Shown: positions 36,911 through 47,034, counted from the stretch's first letter. The stretch is 64,000 nucleotides of DNA from a bacterium (GCA_043803945.1 JAZDJN010000035.1:1-64000), one strand, 5' to 3'. Made by a program: numbers and translations. The notes: generated from the sequence alone by a model not told the origin.

Positions 36911-37134
36911 GTCTCTCCGGTGAGACAAAATCATCGAAACGGGAGACAAACAAAAAGTGTCTCTCCGGTGAGACAAAATCATCGAAACGTGAGATAAACA
37001 AAAAGTGTCTCACCGGTGAGACAAAACCATCGAAGCGTGAGATAAACGAAAAGTGTCTCTCCGGTGAGACAAAATCATTGAAACGGGAGACGAACAAAAG
37101 TATCTCTCCGGTGAGACAAAACCATTGAAGCGGG
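36911..37134. repeat. Tandem array, 48-bp unit x ~4.7, each with 16-bp palindrome GTCTC(T/A)CCGGTGAGAC
   Basis: Units start 36911, 36959, 37007, 37055, 37102. Confidence 0.95.
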
Positions 37135-37290
37135 TGTTGGAACAGGTGTCAATGTATCCTTACAATTGATACAGACATAGTCCGACCACCACATTTGCGA
37201 ATTTTGAGAATAGCAACGTGTACAATAGATACATCGAACTCTTGGATCTTTCGAACCATCGAAGAATATTTTGGATTGTTCAGTTATCAT
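37075..37290 (-). CDS. Small Cys-rich protein
   Basis: CIYCTRC...CINC; downstream of promoter 37372-37400; 3' end runs into array. Confidence 0.45.
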   Translation of the reverse strand: MITEQSKIFFDGSKDPRVRCIYCTRCYSQNSQMWWSDYVCINCKDTLTPVPTPASMVLSHRRDTFVRLPFQ

Positions 37291-37371
37291 TTACTTGTCC
37301 CTGATACGTTCATTATACTGAACCTTTGACAGAAATAAAAACTCTGAGTGGTCAGAGTTTGTGATAGAAAT

Positions 37372-37400
37372 AATGTAACACCGTAAAGATGAGAAGTCAA
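37372..37400 (-). promoter_or_regulatory. Early sigma70-type promoter
   Basis: TTGACT-17-TACATT; shares TGTTACATTATTT with 35626 promoter. Confidence 0.55.
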
Positions 37401-37634
37401 ATGATATTTTCTAATTCTTCAACTTTTTTTTCACCAGTTGTTGGTCAGGTGTTATGCGAAGAAAACGAAATCGTCAATGTCGCATAGCTAACAAAGTGGT
37501 TTTTAGTGTGATACCATTTTTCTACAATTCGTTCAACAGATTATCAAAATGGTGAAGTAGTGGTGAGGACTGTGAGATGGGAAGGAGCTCTGCTCCCGAC
37601 CAGTGCGAGTAGAACTCCCTCGGAACTGGAATGA

Positions 37635-37675
37635 GTGTGAGGTGTATGCTCTGAACCAGCTGAGCTTAAGCGTCC
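37635..37675 (-). pseudogene. 5' half of a tRNA-Val(CAC)-like sequence
   Basis: GGACGCTTAAGCTCAGCTGGTTCAGAGCATACAC-CTCACAC; D-arm intact, stops after anticodon loop. Confidence 0.45.
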
Positions 37676-38141
37676 GGGAAAAGATGAATAGTGAATATCG
37701 AGTGTCGAACCGCAGAATGTCGAACTATACCACAGCCACTCCGGAATTCACTATTCCTTGTTTGCAGCTCGATATCGCACTCATTTCTTCTTGTCGCTGT
37801 GAGATGTCTTACTTCTTGCTGCTGGTAGGCTCATTTTCTTGCCGTTCACCCATGGGCCGCGGGGATTCGTCCTGAGCTGGTCGACAATCAACGCCTTCTC
37901 TGCCGCTTCACTAGGTGTAAGAGAAAAGCGGTTAATGGAATATGCCATGCCATTGCTCCATTCTTTGTTGAGTGAGTTGCTGATTCAAAGATACGAGCTA
38001 TTGTTCAGCAAAACAACTGGAGGATGGCGCTTCGCGAAGGAATCGAAATCGATATTGTCGCACAGCTCATCACAGGTCTATGTTTTAATAACTGATATCC
38101 TCAATTCATCCCTTTCATAACCGAATCCTTTAGATATTTCC

Positions 38142-38468
38142 TTAATTCATCCCTTCCATTACCGAATCCCTCATAATATCACAGGTTCTTTTCTTCCAAA
38201 ATTTAATTGGTTTCAGATTGCACTGGTGTCTTAACGAATTCAGATTCTCTAGAGTCAAACCTGCATTTTCTCTGGATATCATCTTAAGTAGATATGTCGT
38301 GCCGCATTCTATACACATAAAATAGGAAAGCCCTTCTGCTACCTCTTCTTTCTCTAATTCGACTTCTTCTATCATTTCAGATGAATTACACTCGATGCAT
38401 TCGGCTGGATTACCGTTATTGGGTACCAGGCTTCTAAAAGGAGAATAGTATGATGGATTGGTCTGCAT
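38142..38468 (-). CDS. Zinc-ribbon hypothetical protein
   Basis: CIEC...CIECG; GAGG RBS. Confidence 0.5.
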   Translation of the reverse strand: MQTNPSYYSPFRSLVPNNGNPAECIECNSSEMIEEVELEKEEVAEGLSYFMCIECGTTYLLKMISRENAGLTLENLNSLRHQCNLKPIKFWKKRTCDIMRDSVMEGMN

Positions 38469-39025
38469 ATTAACCTCTCTGTATAACGTTTGAAGACAGT
38501 GGCTTGGTCATCGTTTACAGAATATTTATTCGATTTTCAATGGTAGTAGGTCGTCTTTCTGTTAGCGAATATTTCCAGGATTGCTTTCCATAATGAACTT
38601 TGATAAGTTTGAATAAACACATATCACCAATCGAATTTGAGGGATTGTGAGGCGGGAAGAGAAGAAGGACCTCTGGATTAGCTTTGAGCGATGATTGAGT
38701 TAAGTATCTCGCGGGTGGAGTCGAAATACCCATTTCGGCTTTCAGTAAGTATTCATCTAACGGTGCGATGAAACTTATCTGCCCTCCCAGGGCAAGCCCG
38801 CGGGAGTTTATTTTCGCCATCTCAGGTGTTTTTCCTACCAAACTCAGGTGTTTACCTGAGGCAAAATCAGTCAATTTTCGCTAATGACATACTTGAGTTA
38901 TTGATTCTCTTGGTAAACATCTCTACTATCCTGCTACCGTGCTGGGGATTCCGTAGGGAAGGATGAAGTGTACTTCCGAAGGAGTAAACTGTGCAACTCC
39001 TTAGAACGAAAAATACTTTGAATGA

Positions 39026-39139
39026 GACATTCGAACTGTCCAGGCGCTTCTGCACAGCGACGTCAAAACGACGATGATCTATGCCCATGTGTTCAATCGG
39101 GGACCGGCCGGAGTTCGCAGTCCCGTAGACGGACTCTGA
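39026..39139 (+). pseudogene. intI: Integron integrase C-terminal remnant
   Basis: Translates [37 protein letters not shown]; box II Gly codon and whole N-terminus missing. Confidence 0.85.
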
Positions 39140-39165
39140 ACCCATGAAGGAAGATGTAATATACC

Positions 39166-39329
39166 GATCCGCATAAGCTGCCGTGATAAACCGCTGGACA
39201 GACAAAAAGTGATCGAAAACAAAGTGGTTAATATACCTTCAGCAAAAAATCCTAATGCATGTTTTATACACACAAACCAGAAACTCCGCATCTTATGCGG
39301 ATCAATCTAATTATTGTTATACCGCTTGC
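39166..39329 (+). other. Putative attI / first recombination site
   Basis: 12-bp inverted repeat GATCCGCATAAG/CTTATGCGGATC, then GTTATAC at 39316 that complements the end of cassette 1. Confidence 0.55.
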
Positions 39330-39442
39330 GCATTTACAGAAGCTAGCTTTTCATTGCAGGACAGCTTTTATTGAATATTTAAATGTATCGACATGTAAAG
39401 AAATAACTGAATAAATCACTTTTACTACAGTCTCGTTAGCAT

Positions 39443-41095
39443 ATGAATATAAGAAAAGCTATCATCTCCAACTTTAAATGCTTTGAGGGAGACTTTTCAA
39501 TAGAGTTCAATAAGAACTTAAACATAATTGTTGGGATTAATGAGACTGGTAAATCAACCATTCTCGAGGCAATAAACCTTGCGCTTTCTGGTTGGATCTA
39601 TGGAAAGTACTTGGCAACTGAATTATCTCAATCCCTTTTCAATAGCAATACAGTTTCCAATTACTTGGACTCCGTTAATAAGGGTAATTCTGTTGAACCA
39701 CCAACAATTCTCATAGAACTATATTTCGACATCGAAGATGAATCTCTTAAGGCTGAATTCGAAGGAAATGGCAATAGCCGCAGAGAGGAAGCTTCAGGAA
39801 TTCAATTTAAGATATGCTTCAACGAACGATACAGAGACCAGTATCGCCTTTTAATTGAATCTAAGGAACCTATAAGCTCATTACCGATCGAATACTACGA
39901 TTTTGGTTGGTCAACATTCGCAAGAGATGAGACAATAACACCACGGGGGATCCCCTTCAAAGCTGCATTCATCGATTCCTCCAACACTCGACTTCAAAGT
40001 GGTTCCGATGTTTACATTTCACGAATCATTCGAGACTTTCTTTCCGAAGATTACAAGATTAAAATATCTCAAGCCCATAGAAAACTAAAAGATGTGTTCA
40101 TGGATTCTTCCTCTATCAAAGAAGTGAATAAGGAGCTCGAACAAAAACAACTTTCTGAGAAAAAGGTTGAATTGTCAATAGAAATGTCAACAAAGAACGC
40201 TTGGGAATCGAGCATAACGACGTCTTTGGACGATATTCCTTTTAGCAATATCGGAAAGGGCGAGCAATGCATGATCAAGACTAAGCTCGCGCTAAGCCAC
40301 AAGAAGGCCGTTGAAGCAAATATAATTCTACTAGAGGAGCCGGAAAATCATTTGGCACATGGCAAACTCAACGAACTCTTGAGCTTCATTAAAGAAAAGA
40401 GCCCGGAAAAGCAAGTCATAGTATCTACTCACAACAGCTTTGTCGCTAATAAACTTGGCCTTGATAACCTTATTCTCTTAAATATGGATTTAGCCACAAA
40501 GTTACGATTGCAGATTCGAATGAACGACTTGAGTGCGGAAACAAAGAGATACTTTGAAAAGCTGGCAGGCTATGATACCTTGCGGTTGATTCTGACTAGC
40601 TGTGCTATTTTGGTTGAAGGCCCATCAGACGAACTGATTGTTCAAAAGGCCTTTGCGAAACACAACAATGGGAAGCTTCCCATTGATAAAGGAATTGACG
40701 TCATCTCTGTGGGTACATCGTTTCTTAGGTTTCTAGAAATAGCCGACAAATTACGCAAACCTGTGCGGGTAGTTACTGACAACGACAGATCCTATGAGAT
40801 AAAGGTTAAGAAAAAATATAAACAATATGAGAATAGTAAAATTATCACTATTTATGCGGATAGCAATGACGATCTGAATACTTTGGAGCCACAGATCGTG
40901 CATGCAAACAAAGATCGATTGTCCGATCTGAGAACCGTACTCGGTATAGGCGAGGAAGAGTATCCTGATGAAAAGTCGATATCGGACTACATGCATGGCA
41001 ACAAGACCGAGTGCGCACTCAAGCTTTTCGAGTCTGAAAAGGATTTCATATTTCCGAATTACATACTTAGGGCAATAGGCGTGGACAATGCATAA
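39443..41095 (+). CDS. gajA: Gabija GajA-like OLD-family ATPase/TOPRIM nuclease
   Basis: GINETGKST, GKGEQ, LLEEPENHL, STH, VEGPSDE, TDND. Confidence 0.85.
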   Translation: MNIRKAIISNFKCFEGDFSIEFNKNLNIIVGINETGKSTILEAINLALSGWIYGKYLATELSQSLFNSNTVSNYLDSVNKGNSVEPPTILIELYFDIEDESLKAEFEGNGNSRREEASGIQFKICFNERYRDQYRLLIESKEPISSLPIEYYDFGWSTFARDETITPRGIPFKAAFIDSSNTRLQSGSDVYISRIIRDFLSEDYKIKISQAHRKLKDVFMDSSSIKEVNKELEQKQLSEKKVELSIEMSTKNAWESSITTSLDDIPFSNIGKGEQCMIKTKLALSHKKAVEANIILLEEPENHLAHGKLNELLSFIKEKSPEKQVIVSTHNSFVANKLGLDNLILLNMDLATKLRLQIRMNDLSAETKRYFEKLAGYDTLRLILTSCAILVEGPSDELIVQKAFAKHNNGKLPIDKGIDVISVGTSFLRFLEIADKLRKPVRVVTDNDRSYEIKVKKKYKQYENSKIITIYADSNDDLNTLEPQIVHANKDRLSDLRTVLGIGEEEYPDEKSISDYMHGNKTECALKLFESEKDFIFPNYILRAIGVDNA

Positions 41096-42221
41096 AAACA
41101 CGTTAGTAATTGCCGCCGCTGGCTCTGGCAAGACGAGCTTTCTTGTAAATGAAGCTCGGAATATTAAGCACAAGAAAGTTCTAATTACAACCTATACTGA
41201 AGCAAACGAGGGAGAAATTATAAAAAAGTTCGCCGGCAGAATACCTGCAAACGTAACTATACAAACCTGGTTTTCTTTTCTACTCAAGCACGGTGTCAGA
41301 CCCTTTCAAAGTATTATGGATGACTCCCTACATCATGAAAAAATTGGTTTCTATTTGACAGAAAAGCAATCTGGGTTCAGATATAATACAACAAATGGAA
41401 AACCTGTGTATTGGGGGGAAAAAGATTTTATGAAGTTTTACTTCACCCGTGATTTCAGAATCTATTCAGATAAAATATCCAAGTTCATCATTGACTGCAA
41501 CAAGAAGTCAAATGGAGCCGTCATTAATAGAGTAAGTCGAGTATTTTCACATATTTTTGTTGACGAAGTACAAGATCTGGCTGGCTGGGAATTGGAATTG
41601 CTAAAATTGTTATTTACTTCAAGGTCCACTGTCCTCCTGGTTGGGGATCCAAGGCAAGTCACCTATTTGACTCACCATTCTCCTAAGTATGACAAGTATA
41701 GAGAAGGAATGATTAAAGACTTTGTAAGGACTGAATGCAACAAGCGAGAACAGATTTGCGAAATAGACGAACAAAGCCTTCTCTATTCACATAGGAACAA
41801 TGAATTCATCTGCGATTTCTCTTCAGCGTTGTTTCCTGAGCATGCCCCAAGTAAACCTTGCGATTGCAGGGAATGTCGTTCGTATAACTTCGATCATCAA
41901 GGCATCTTTGCCGTCAAGCCTGCTGATGCTGGTTCCTACTTCGAAAAGTATCACCCGCAGATACTGCGATATAACAAATCACAATTTCCTGATCTTAATT
42001 TTGGAATGTCAAAAGGTTTAGGCTTCGATAGCGTTCTTATTTATCCAACAGAAAAGATAGGGAAGTATTTAACCACCGGTGATCTTAAAAGTATTGAAAC
42101 AGTACGGGCTAAATTCTATGTCGCAATAACTCGAGCGAGACAAAGTGTCGGAATAGTCTGTGATTTCAATGATAACACTAAATTTATAAGGAGAATATCG
42201 AAATACATACGGAGCAATTAA
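41088..42221 (+). CDS. gajB: Gabija GajB-like UvrD helicase
   Basis: AAAGSGKT, VDEVQD, VGDPRQ, SKGLGFD, FYVAITRAR; overlaps gajA stop. Confidence 0.85.
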   Translation: MHKNTLVIAAAGSGKTSFLVNEARNIKHKKVLITTYTEANEGEIIKKFAGRIPANVTIQTWFSFLLKHGVRPFQSIMDDSLHHEKIGFYLTEKQSGFRYNTTNGKPVYWGEKDFMKFYFTRDFRIYSDKISKFIIDCNKKSNGAVINRVSRVFSHIFVDEVQDLAGWELELLKLLFTSRSTVLLVGDPRQVTYLTHHSPKYDKYREGMIKDFVRTECNKREQICEIDEQSLLYSHRNNEFICDFSSALFPEHAPSKPCDCRECRSYNFDHQGIFAVKPADAGSYFEKYHPQILRYNKSQFPDLNFGMSKGLGFDSVLIYPTEKIGKYLTTGDLKSIETVRAKFYVAITRARQSVGIVCDFNDNTKFIRRISKYIRSN

Positions 42222-42385
42222 ATAAATCAGAATCCGGCTTTCAAAACGTTATACCATAACATTTGATGAATTCGATTTGGAGTTTTATAAGAGGCGTTAC
42301 TAATTGGAGAGATTAATTATATCAATCAATGTCAGTGGATGTATACTGTCTTCTCATTGAGCGATTCATAAAAAATATGCAAGCG

Positions 42386-42542
42386 GTATAATCCAGCGGC
42401 TCAAGCTGACCGAATGAGCGTGGGAGCATTTTGCATTGCGCTTAGAGGCTCAGTACAGAATTGAAAGTGAAGTGAATGAACTTGTTTCGTTTAGTACATT
42501 TTGGAAATTACCAGTGCGGCAGCTTAGCCGGCATCGTTAGGT
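42386..42542 (+). repeat. attC-like site 7
   Basis: GTATAAT...GTTAGGT; arms CGGCTCAAGCTG/CAGCTTAGCCG with bulged base. Confidence 0.8.
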
Positions 42543-42615
42543 TTTGCAGCTTTGCAGGATGTATTGTCGTAAACTATTCTGAAAACCAAGTCAAAGCAAC
42601 CTTGTAGGAATACTT

Positions 42616-43593
42616 ATGAAAGCGATTGTGTACACAAAATACGGATCACCGGATGTTCTTCAGCTCAAGGATGTAGAAAAACCAACGCCTGAAGACGATG
42701 AAGTTTTGATAAAAATTCGTGCGGCATCCGTAAATGCATATGACTGGCATTTCCTGACCGCTGACATATTCTTGATTCGCCTGATGGGCGGGGGGTTGCT
42801 CAAACCCAAAGACTCGAGACTCGGTGCGGATGTGGCGGGGCGGATTGAAACGGTTGGCAGAAACGTCAAGCAGTTTCAGCCGGGAGATGAGGTGTTTGGG
42901 ATGGTAAAGGGCGGTTTTGCCGAGTATGCATGTGCGCCTGAAAGCGCATTGGGGTTGAAGCCGGTCAATACTTCGTTCGATGAAGCAGCAGCGATACCTA
43001 TGGCGGCGATCACTGCCCTGCAGGGCCTGCGCGATGAGGGGCATATTCAGGCGGGGCAAAAGGTTTTGATCAATGGGGCATCAGGTGGGGTGGGGACTTT
43101 TGCGGTGCAGATTGCCAAATCGTTTGGCACCGAAGTCACAGCCGTGTGCAGCACGAGGAATTTGGAGCAGGCACGCTCGATTGGGGCAGACCATGTTATT
43201 GATTACACTAAAGAGGATTTCACCAAAAATGGTCAGCAGTATGATCTCGTTTTTGCGGCAAACGGCTATCATTCGCTTTCAGATTATAAGCGCGCCTTGA
43301 CTCCCAAGGGCATTTATGTGATGGCCGGAGGTACCATGGCTCAAATCTTCCAATCCATGCTCATGGGTTCAATGATGTCAGAAACCGGCGGCAGGAAAAT
43401 GGGAGGCGTAAGCGCAAAACGAAGCCAAAACGACCTGGTTTTTATAAAAGAACTTTTTGAAGCAGGCAAAGTAAAATCCGTTATTGATAGACGGTATCCG
43501 TTAAGTGAGGCTGCTGAAGCGCTTCGGTATCTTGGAGAAGGACATGCCCGAGGAAAAATAGTTATCACTATGAAGTATAATAGTAAAACCTAA
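42616..43593 (+). CDS. NAD(P)-dependent alcohol dehydrogenase / quinone reductase (MDR family)
   Basis: LGADVAG, VLINGASGGVGTFAVQIAK, HARGKIVI; stop codon inside attC8 left box. Confidence 0.93.
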   Translation: MKAIVYTKYGSPDVLQLKDVEKPTPEDDEVLIKIRAASVNAYDWHFLTADIFLIRLMGGGLLKPKDSRLGADVAGRIETVGRNVKQFQPGDEVFGMVKGGFAEYACAPESALGLKPVNTSFDEAAAIPMAAITALQGLRDEGHIQAGQKVLINGASGGVGTFAVQIAKSFGTEVTAVCSTRNLEQARSIGADHVIDYTKEDFTKNGQQYDLVFAANGYHSLSDYKRALTPKGIYVMAGGTMAQIFQSMLMGSMMSETGGRKMGGVSAKRSQNDLVFIKELFEAGKVKSVIDRRYPLSEAAEALRYLGEGHARGKIVITMKYNSKT

Positions 43594-43718
43594 CAACCGC
43601 GTGCAGCCGACTTGCGCTACGCGCTTGTGGTACAGGCGTGGTTGTGGTCACAACTTGTTAGGTTAGCTTGCTTGTTTTTGTTGGAAGCCGCGTAAGCGGC
43701 TCATGCGGGCCGTTAGGT
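43588..43718 (+). repeat. attC-like site 8
   Basis: ACCTAAC...GTTAGGT; arms CCGCGTGCAGCCG/CGGCTCATGCGG. Confidence 0.85.
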
Positions 43719-43763
43719 GGTTTAAAATTATTACACAATCATCACATCTATAAGGAGAAATAA

Positions 43764-43958
43764 ATGGCAAAATGTCCGTATTGTAAACAAGCGCTCACTT
43801 TGGAAAAAACCAAAAGAGAATCATCAGAATTCACCGAAGAAGTACATAAAGATGTTTCTGGCGTAGTTAAAAAAGAAATTATGTATTCGTGCCCACACTG
43901 TGAATCCGTTCTAGGTTTCGGTTTTTTCATAGGCGGTCTCCTAACTGGTAGACCTTAA
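43764..43958 (+). CDS. Small CxxC cassette protein
   Basis: AGGAG RBS; CPYC...CPHC. Confidence 0.7.
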   Translation: MAKCPYCKQALTLEKTKRESSEFTEEVHKDVSGVVKKEIMYSCPHCESVLGFGFFIGGLLTGRP

Positions 43959-43996
43959 GTCGTTCGTCGTCATACTTACAAGCTTATCGGCAAACC

Positions 43997-44134
43997 GCCT
44001 AACCAAGCTACTGACGGAATGAGCTCGCTGCAAAATTCATGGCGAGCATAGTTGCGGTACACATATTAAAGTTATCAGTGCGGCAGTCCCGAATAAAAAC
44101 ATTTCGGGATAAACTTTAACCGCCATCCTTAAGA
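43997..44134 (+). repeat. attC-like site 9, degenerate
   Basis: GCCTAAC start; ends CTTAAGAACCGTT, near-complement of next cassette end AACGGTTTCTAAC. Confidence 0.55.
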
Positions 44135-44197
44135 ACCGTTCATTGGAGCAGCGGTATTAAACGAAAAACCCGCTTTTCAGCGGCCTTCCATTGGGAA

Positions 44198-44425
44198 TCA
44201 AGCGTGTATGCGTGCTTTTGCCCATTGCAATGCAGGCTTCTTTCGCTGATCTGCACAATCGCGCAGAAATAGGTTGATGAGTTTCTGGTATGGCAAATCG
44301 GTTTCTGCTGCAATTTTTTTGAAATAGTCTAATGTATCGTTTTCTATCCGAATAGTGATTTGGGTTTTTAGTCTCTTAGCGTATGGATTTCGGACGGCGT
44401 TGGTAAAATCGTAGTTTTTTCTCAT
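44198..44425 (-). CDS. brnA: BrnA antitoxin
   Basis: YDFTNAVRNPY...ITIRI...YFK...YQKLINLFLRDC. Confidence 0.85.
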   Translation of the reverse strand: MRKNYDFTNAVRNPYAKRLKTQITIRIENDTLDYFKKIAAETDLPYQKLINLFLRDCADQRKKPALQWAKARIHA

Positions 44426-44733
44426 AGTTCTCTCCTATACTTGTACTGCATCGCTTCCTGACGGTTGGCTTTGCGAGCAGAGTAAATTCGTATAATTTCA
44501 AAGCCGTCTTTATCTTCACGGTAGCAATGGCAAACAATGAGAAGCTTTGCTTGATTGCTCAATCCAAGAAGAATAAATTTGTCTTCATCTTCAGAGTGAT
44601 CGGGATCATAAATGAGTAGAGCAGAATCATCGAAAAAGCACGTTTTTGCTTCCTCGAAAGAGACCTTATGTTTTCGCCGGTTTAGCGAATTCTTTGCTTC
44701 ATCCCAAGCAAACTGAATATTATTCATTGACAA
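44422..44733 (-). CDS. brnT: BrnT toxin
   Basis: FAWDEAKN..N.RKHKVSFEEA, IIRIYSARKA. Confidence 0.9.
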   Translation of the reverse strand: MSMNNIQFAWDEAKNSLNRRKHKVSFEEAKTCFFDDSALLIYDPDHSEDEDKFILLGLSNQAKLLIVCHCYREDKDGFEIIRIYSARKANRQEAMQYKYRREL

Positions 44734-44767
44734 AATATAATTATATTATAATTACAAATCAAACGGT

Positions 44768-44928
44768 TTCTAACAATTCACTCAACCTGCCGGCGCGGCA
44801 TGCACGCACTCGCTTGTCTAGGCAATCAGCAGTTTAGAAATGCATTTTGCAAATTGACAGCAGTTCAGTATCATGGGCGAATCGCGCGCGCATTGACACC
44901 GCGCCGCAGGTTAGCTCCGCCGTTATGT
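44768..44928 (+). repeat. attC-like site 10
   Basis: TTCTAAC...GTTATGT; arms CTCAACCTGCCGGCGCGG/CCGCGCCGCAGGTTAG. Confidence 0.8.
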
Positions 44929-45201
44929 AACGCCGATGACTTTTCTGAGATCATACAGCAGGCAGGATTTCTTTTCGCTACTTTCAAGAGAAAGTTCTGA
45001 AACACTTTTATCATTTCCATGACATTCGTACCTTTTCTATTTGTCCGAAGTCATCGTGTCGAAATCTATACTATTCCCCAGAGTGCTTTTCAAGCTCACC
45101 TTCAACCTCATCTATCGCTGCCTCCCAGGCTTCCCAACCAGTTGCTACCATCTGATCGACAACCTTTTCTGAGTGCTGAATAACTAACTCTACATTCTCT
45201 T

Positions 45202-45888
45202 TCAATGGTCGATACCCTCGCTGTTCCAACAGCGATTCGATATCAACATCCGTCCAACTTGTTTCAGCGAATATTCTCTCTGGTTCTTTTCGAGAGATGA
45301 ACTTGTCACGGACAACACCAACATATCGTTGGCTACCGTGTGTGGCAAGGTCATCTCCAGGCGCACAGTGCCTTCACACTCAACCCTGCATCGAATATTT
45401 AGGGATCGTTCGCTATCGTAGAACTCGAACTTATCTTCTTTGAGAGTTTCTCCGACGATATTGGCAAGTTCACTCCCAATCCGTTCCTGTTCTTCTTTAC
45501 GGGCCAGCATGTCCTGACGATTTTTCATTGACTCATCATAGACAGCCTCATACAAAGGCATAAACCTTGAAACGATTTGTGTACACAATCTCTGCGGGTC
45601 CTGTTCGAACGATGGCTCAAACATCGGAATTTTATCAGAACCTATCTCGTAACCACCCATGTCTTTGGGAAACTCGCCACGAATAGACAAGTGCTTCTTC
45701 CCTGCCCATCGCTTACAGTTCACGATCATCCCATTTGTTTTGTGGACGAGTTTGAATCCATACACTACGTCATTATCAGTCATGCCCTCACAGATCCACA
45801 TCTTCCCGTCTTTTCGCATCGATTGGAACAGTGTGAACAACGCGCTGACTCGTCGCCTTGCTTCCTCAGGTGTAATGTCTTTGCTCAT
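45202..45888 (-). CDS. Hypothetical phage protein
   Basis: 228-aa ORF coupled to upstream gene. Confidence 0.6.
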   Translation of the reverse strand: MSKDITPEEARRRVSALFTLFQSMRKDGKMWICEGMTDNDVVYGFKLVHKTNGMIVNCKRWAGKKHLSIRGEFPKDMGGYEIGSDKIPMFEPSFEQDPQRLCTQIVSRFMPLYEAVYDESMKNRQDMLARKEEQERIGSELANIVGETLKEDKFEFYDSERSLNIRCRVECEGTVRLEMTLPHTVANDMLVLSVTSSSLEKNQREYSLKQVGRMLISNRCWNSEGIDH

Positions 45889-46364
45889 ACAGCCTCGGCT
45901 ACATTTGTTCGTTCGCGCATCTTTTGAACCACAGTGTCATAAACTCGTTGACGAATTCTTTGCACCACAGCATGATAAGTCTCAACTTCCGGATACAACG
46001 GGATCTCGTTCCCGCAATCTGGTCCGGGAATCAACAATACGATGTCTTTCCTCGAGAATCGGGGATTCAGATTTCGATTGTCGATAAAATCTCGAATCAC
46101 TTCCGGATCACCAACGAGATTAAGACAAGCGTTACCCCGAAATGTGCTGAACGACTTCATGTCAGTGCTGACGGGCAAATCCCAACCTTCAAACACTAAG
46201 CGATCGTTCTCTGCAAAGAGATTCATTCTTAACGGTGTGCGCTTGTTGCGATACACTGCAACTACCAAACCTTCCGATAAAACCTCCTTGACCTTTATTT
46301 CAGATAACGATGTCATTGCCATCCCATTTAGCGATATAACTGTGAGCATTTGACCTGCGTGCAT
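45885..46364 (-). CDS. Hypothetical phage protein
   Basis: GAGG RBS, ATG 46364 just after promoter. Confidence 0.65.
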   Translation of the reverse strand: MHAGQMLTVISLNGMAMTSLSEIKVKEVLSEGLVVAVYRNKRTPLRMNLFAENDRLVFEGWDLPVSTDMKSFSTFRGNACLNLVGDPEVIRDFIDNRNLNPRFSRKDIVLLIPGPDCGNEIPLYPEVETYHAVVQRIRQRVYDTVVQKMRERTNVAEAV

Positions 46365-46402
46365 AGATTCCTCTCTATTGGTTGTTTGTGGATACTGGGA
46401 AA

Positions 46403-46430
46403 AACATAACAGGGGTAAATGTGTTGTCAA
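46403..46430 (-). promoter_or_regulatory. Early sigma70-type promoter
   Basis: TTGACA-16-TATGTT preceded by TGT. Confidence 0.6.
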
Positions 46431-46743
46431 GATGTAACGCTACGACACTCCCCGTGGGATAGTGGAGTTGAAGTAGTGTATTAGAAGCAAGTTTATACTT
46501 CCAAGGATCGCCTATGTGTCACGATAGACCGCTAAGGTGAGAAGATGTATGGTGTCAGATCGTTGGCCTCTTAGGTTCAATGATTTTCGACTTCTTTACC
46601 ACCAGCACTTTGTACTTGTTTTTCTTCAATTCAATTGGGATCAATGATTCATTAAACGACTCCATCTCGATTCGGACTACTCTATTCCTATGTGTGCGAT
46701 CTTCAATAAAATCTACCTCTACAGTAACCATCGATATTCCTTT

Positions 46744-47034
46744 CTATAATGTGAATGCCGTGTAACTATGTTCAGGCAGTCCAATGTATTTTTCCACCCA
46801 TTCGATCATCTGATCTGCATGGTATGACGTTGACACTTCTGACAGATAGAACTCCAACTCGTTACGAACATTGTCCGTGATGTCAAATGTGCGAGATTCC
46901 TGAACCTTGTTCGTGTCCCAATCCAGACCTTCGCATTTGATCTGTTCTTCTGTTACAGAGATTCTCCACTTCCCATAATACGCCCTCTCACCTATCTTGA
47001 ATAGTGTTGTGTGCATATACTCTCCTATCCCCAC
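46744..47034 (-). CDS. Hypothetical phage protein
   Basis: Packed co-oriented ORF; true start may be the second Met. Confidence 0.55.
   Translation of the reverse strand: MGIGEYMHTTLFKIGERAYYGKWRISVTEEQIKCEGLDWDTNKVQESRTFDITDNVRNELEFYLSEVSTSYHADQMIEWVEKYIGLPEHSYTAFTL

Noticed and set aside
36762-37128. ORFs 36762-37097 (-) and 36898-37128 (+)
   Set aside because: Open frames produced by a 48-bp (multiple of three) repeat; no independent coding evidence
36911-37134. CRISPR array
   Set aside because: The intervening 32-bp segments are near-identical rather than unique spacers, and no cas genes are in the window
38469-38514. Possible minus-strand cassette boundary (GTTATAC before ORF 38142-38468)
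   Set aside because: No matching attC or complementary end identified; insufficient support
38867-39291. Minus-strand ORFs 38867-39205 and 39079-39291
   Set aside because: Antisense shadows of the intI remnant
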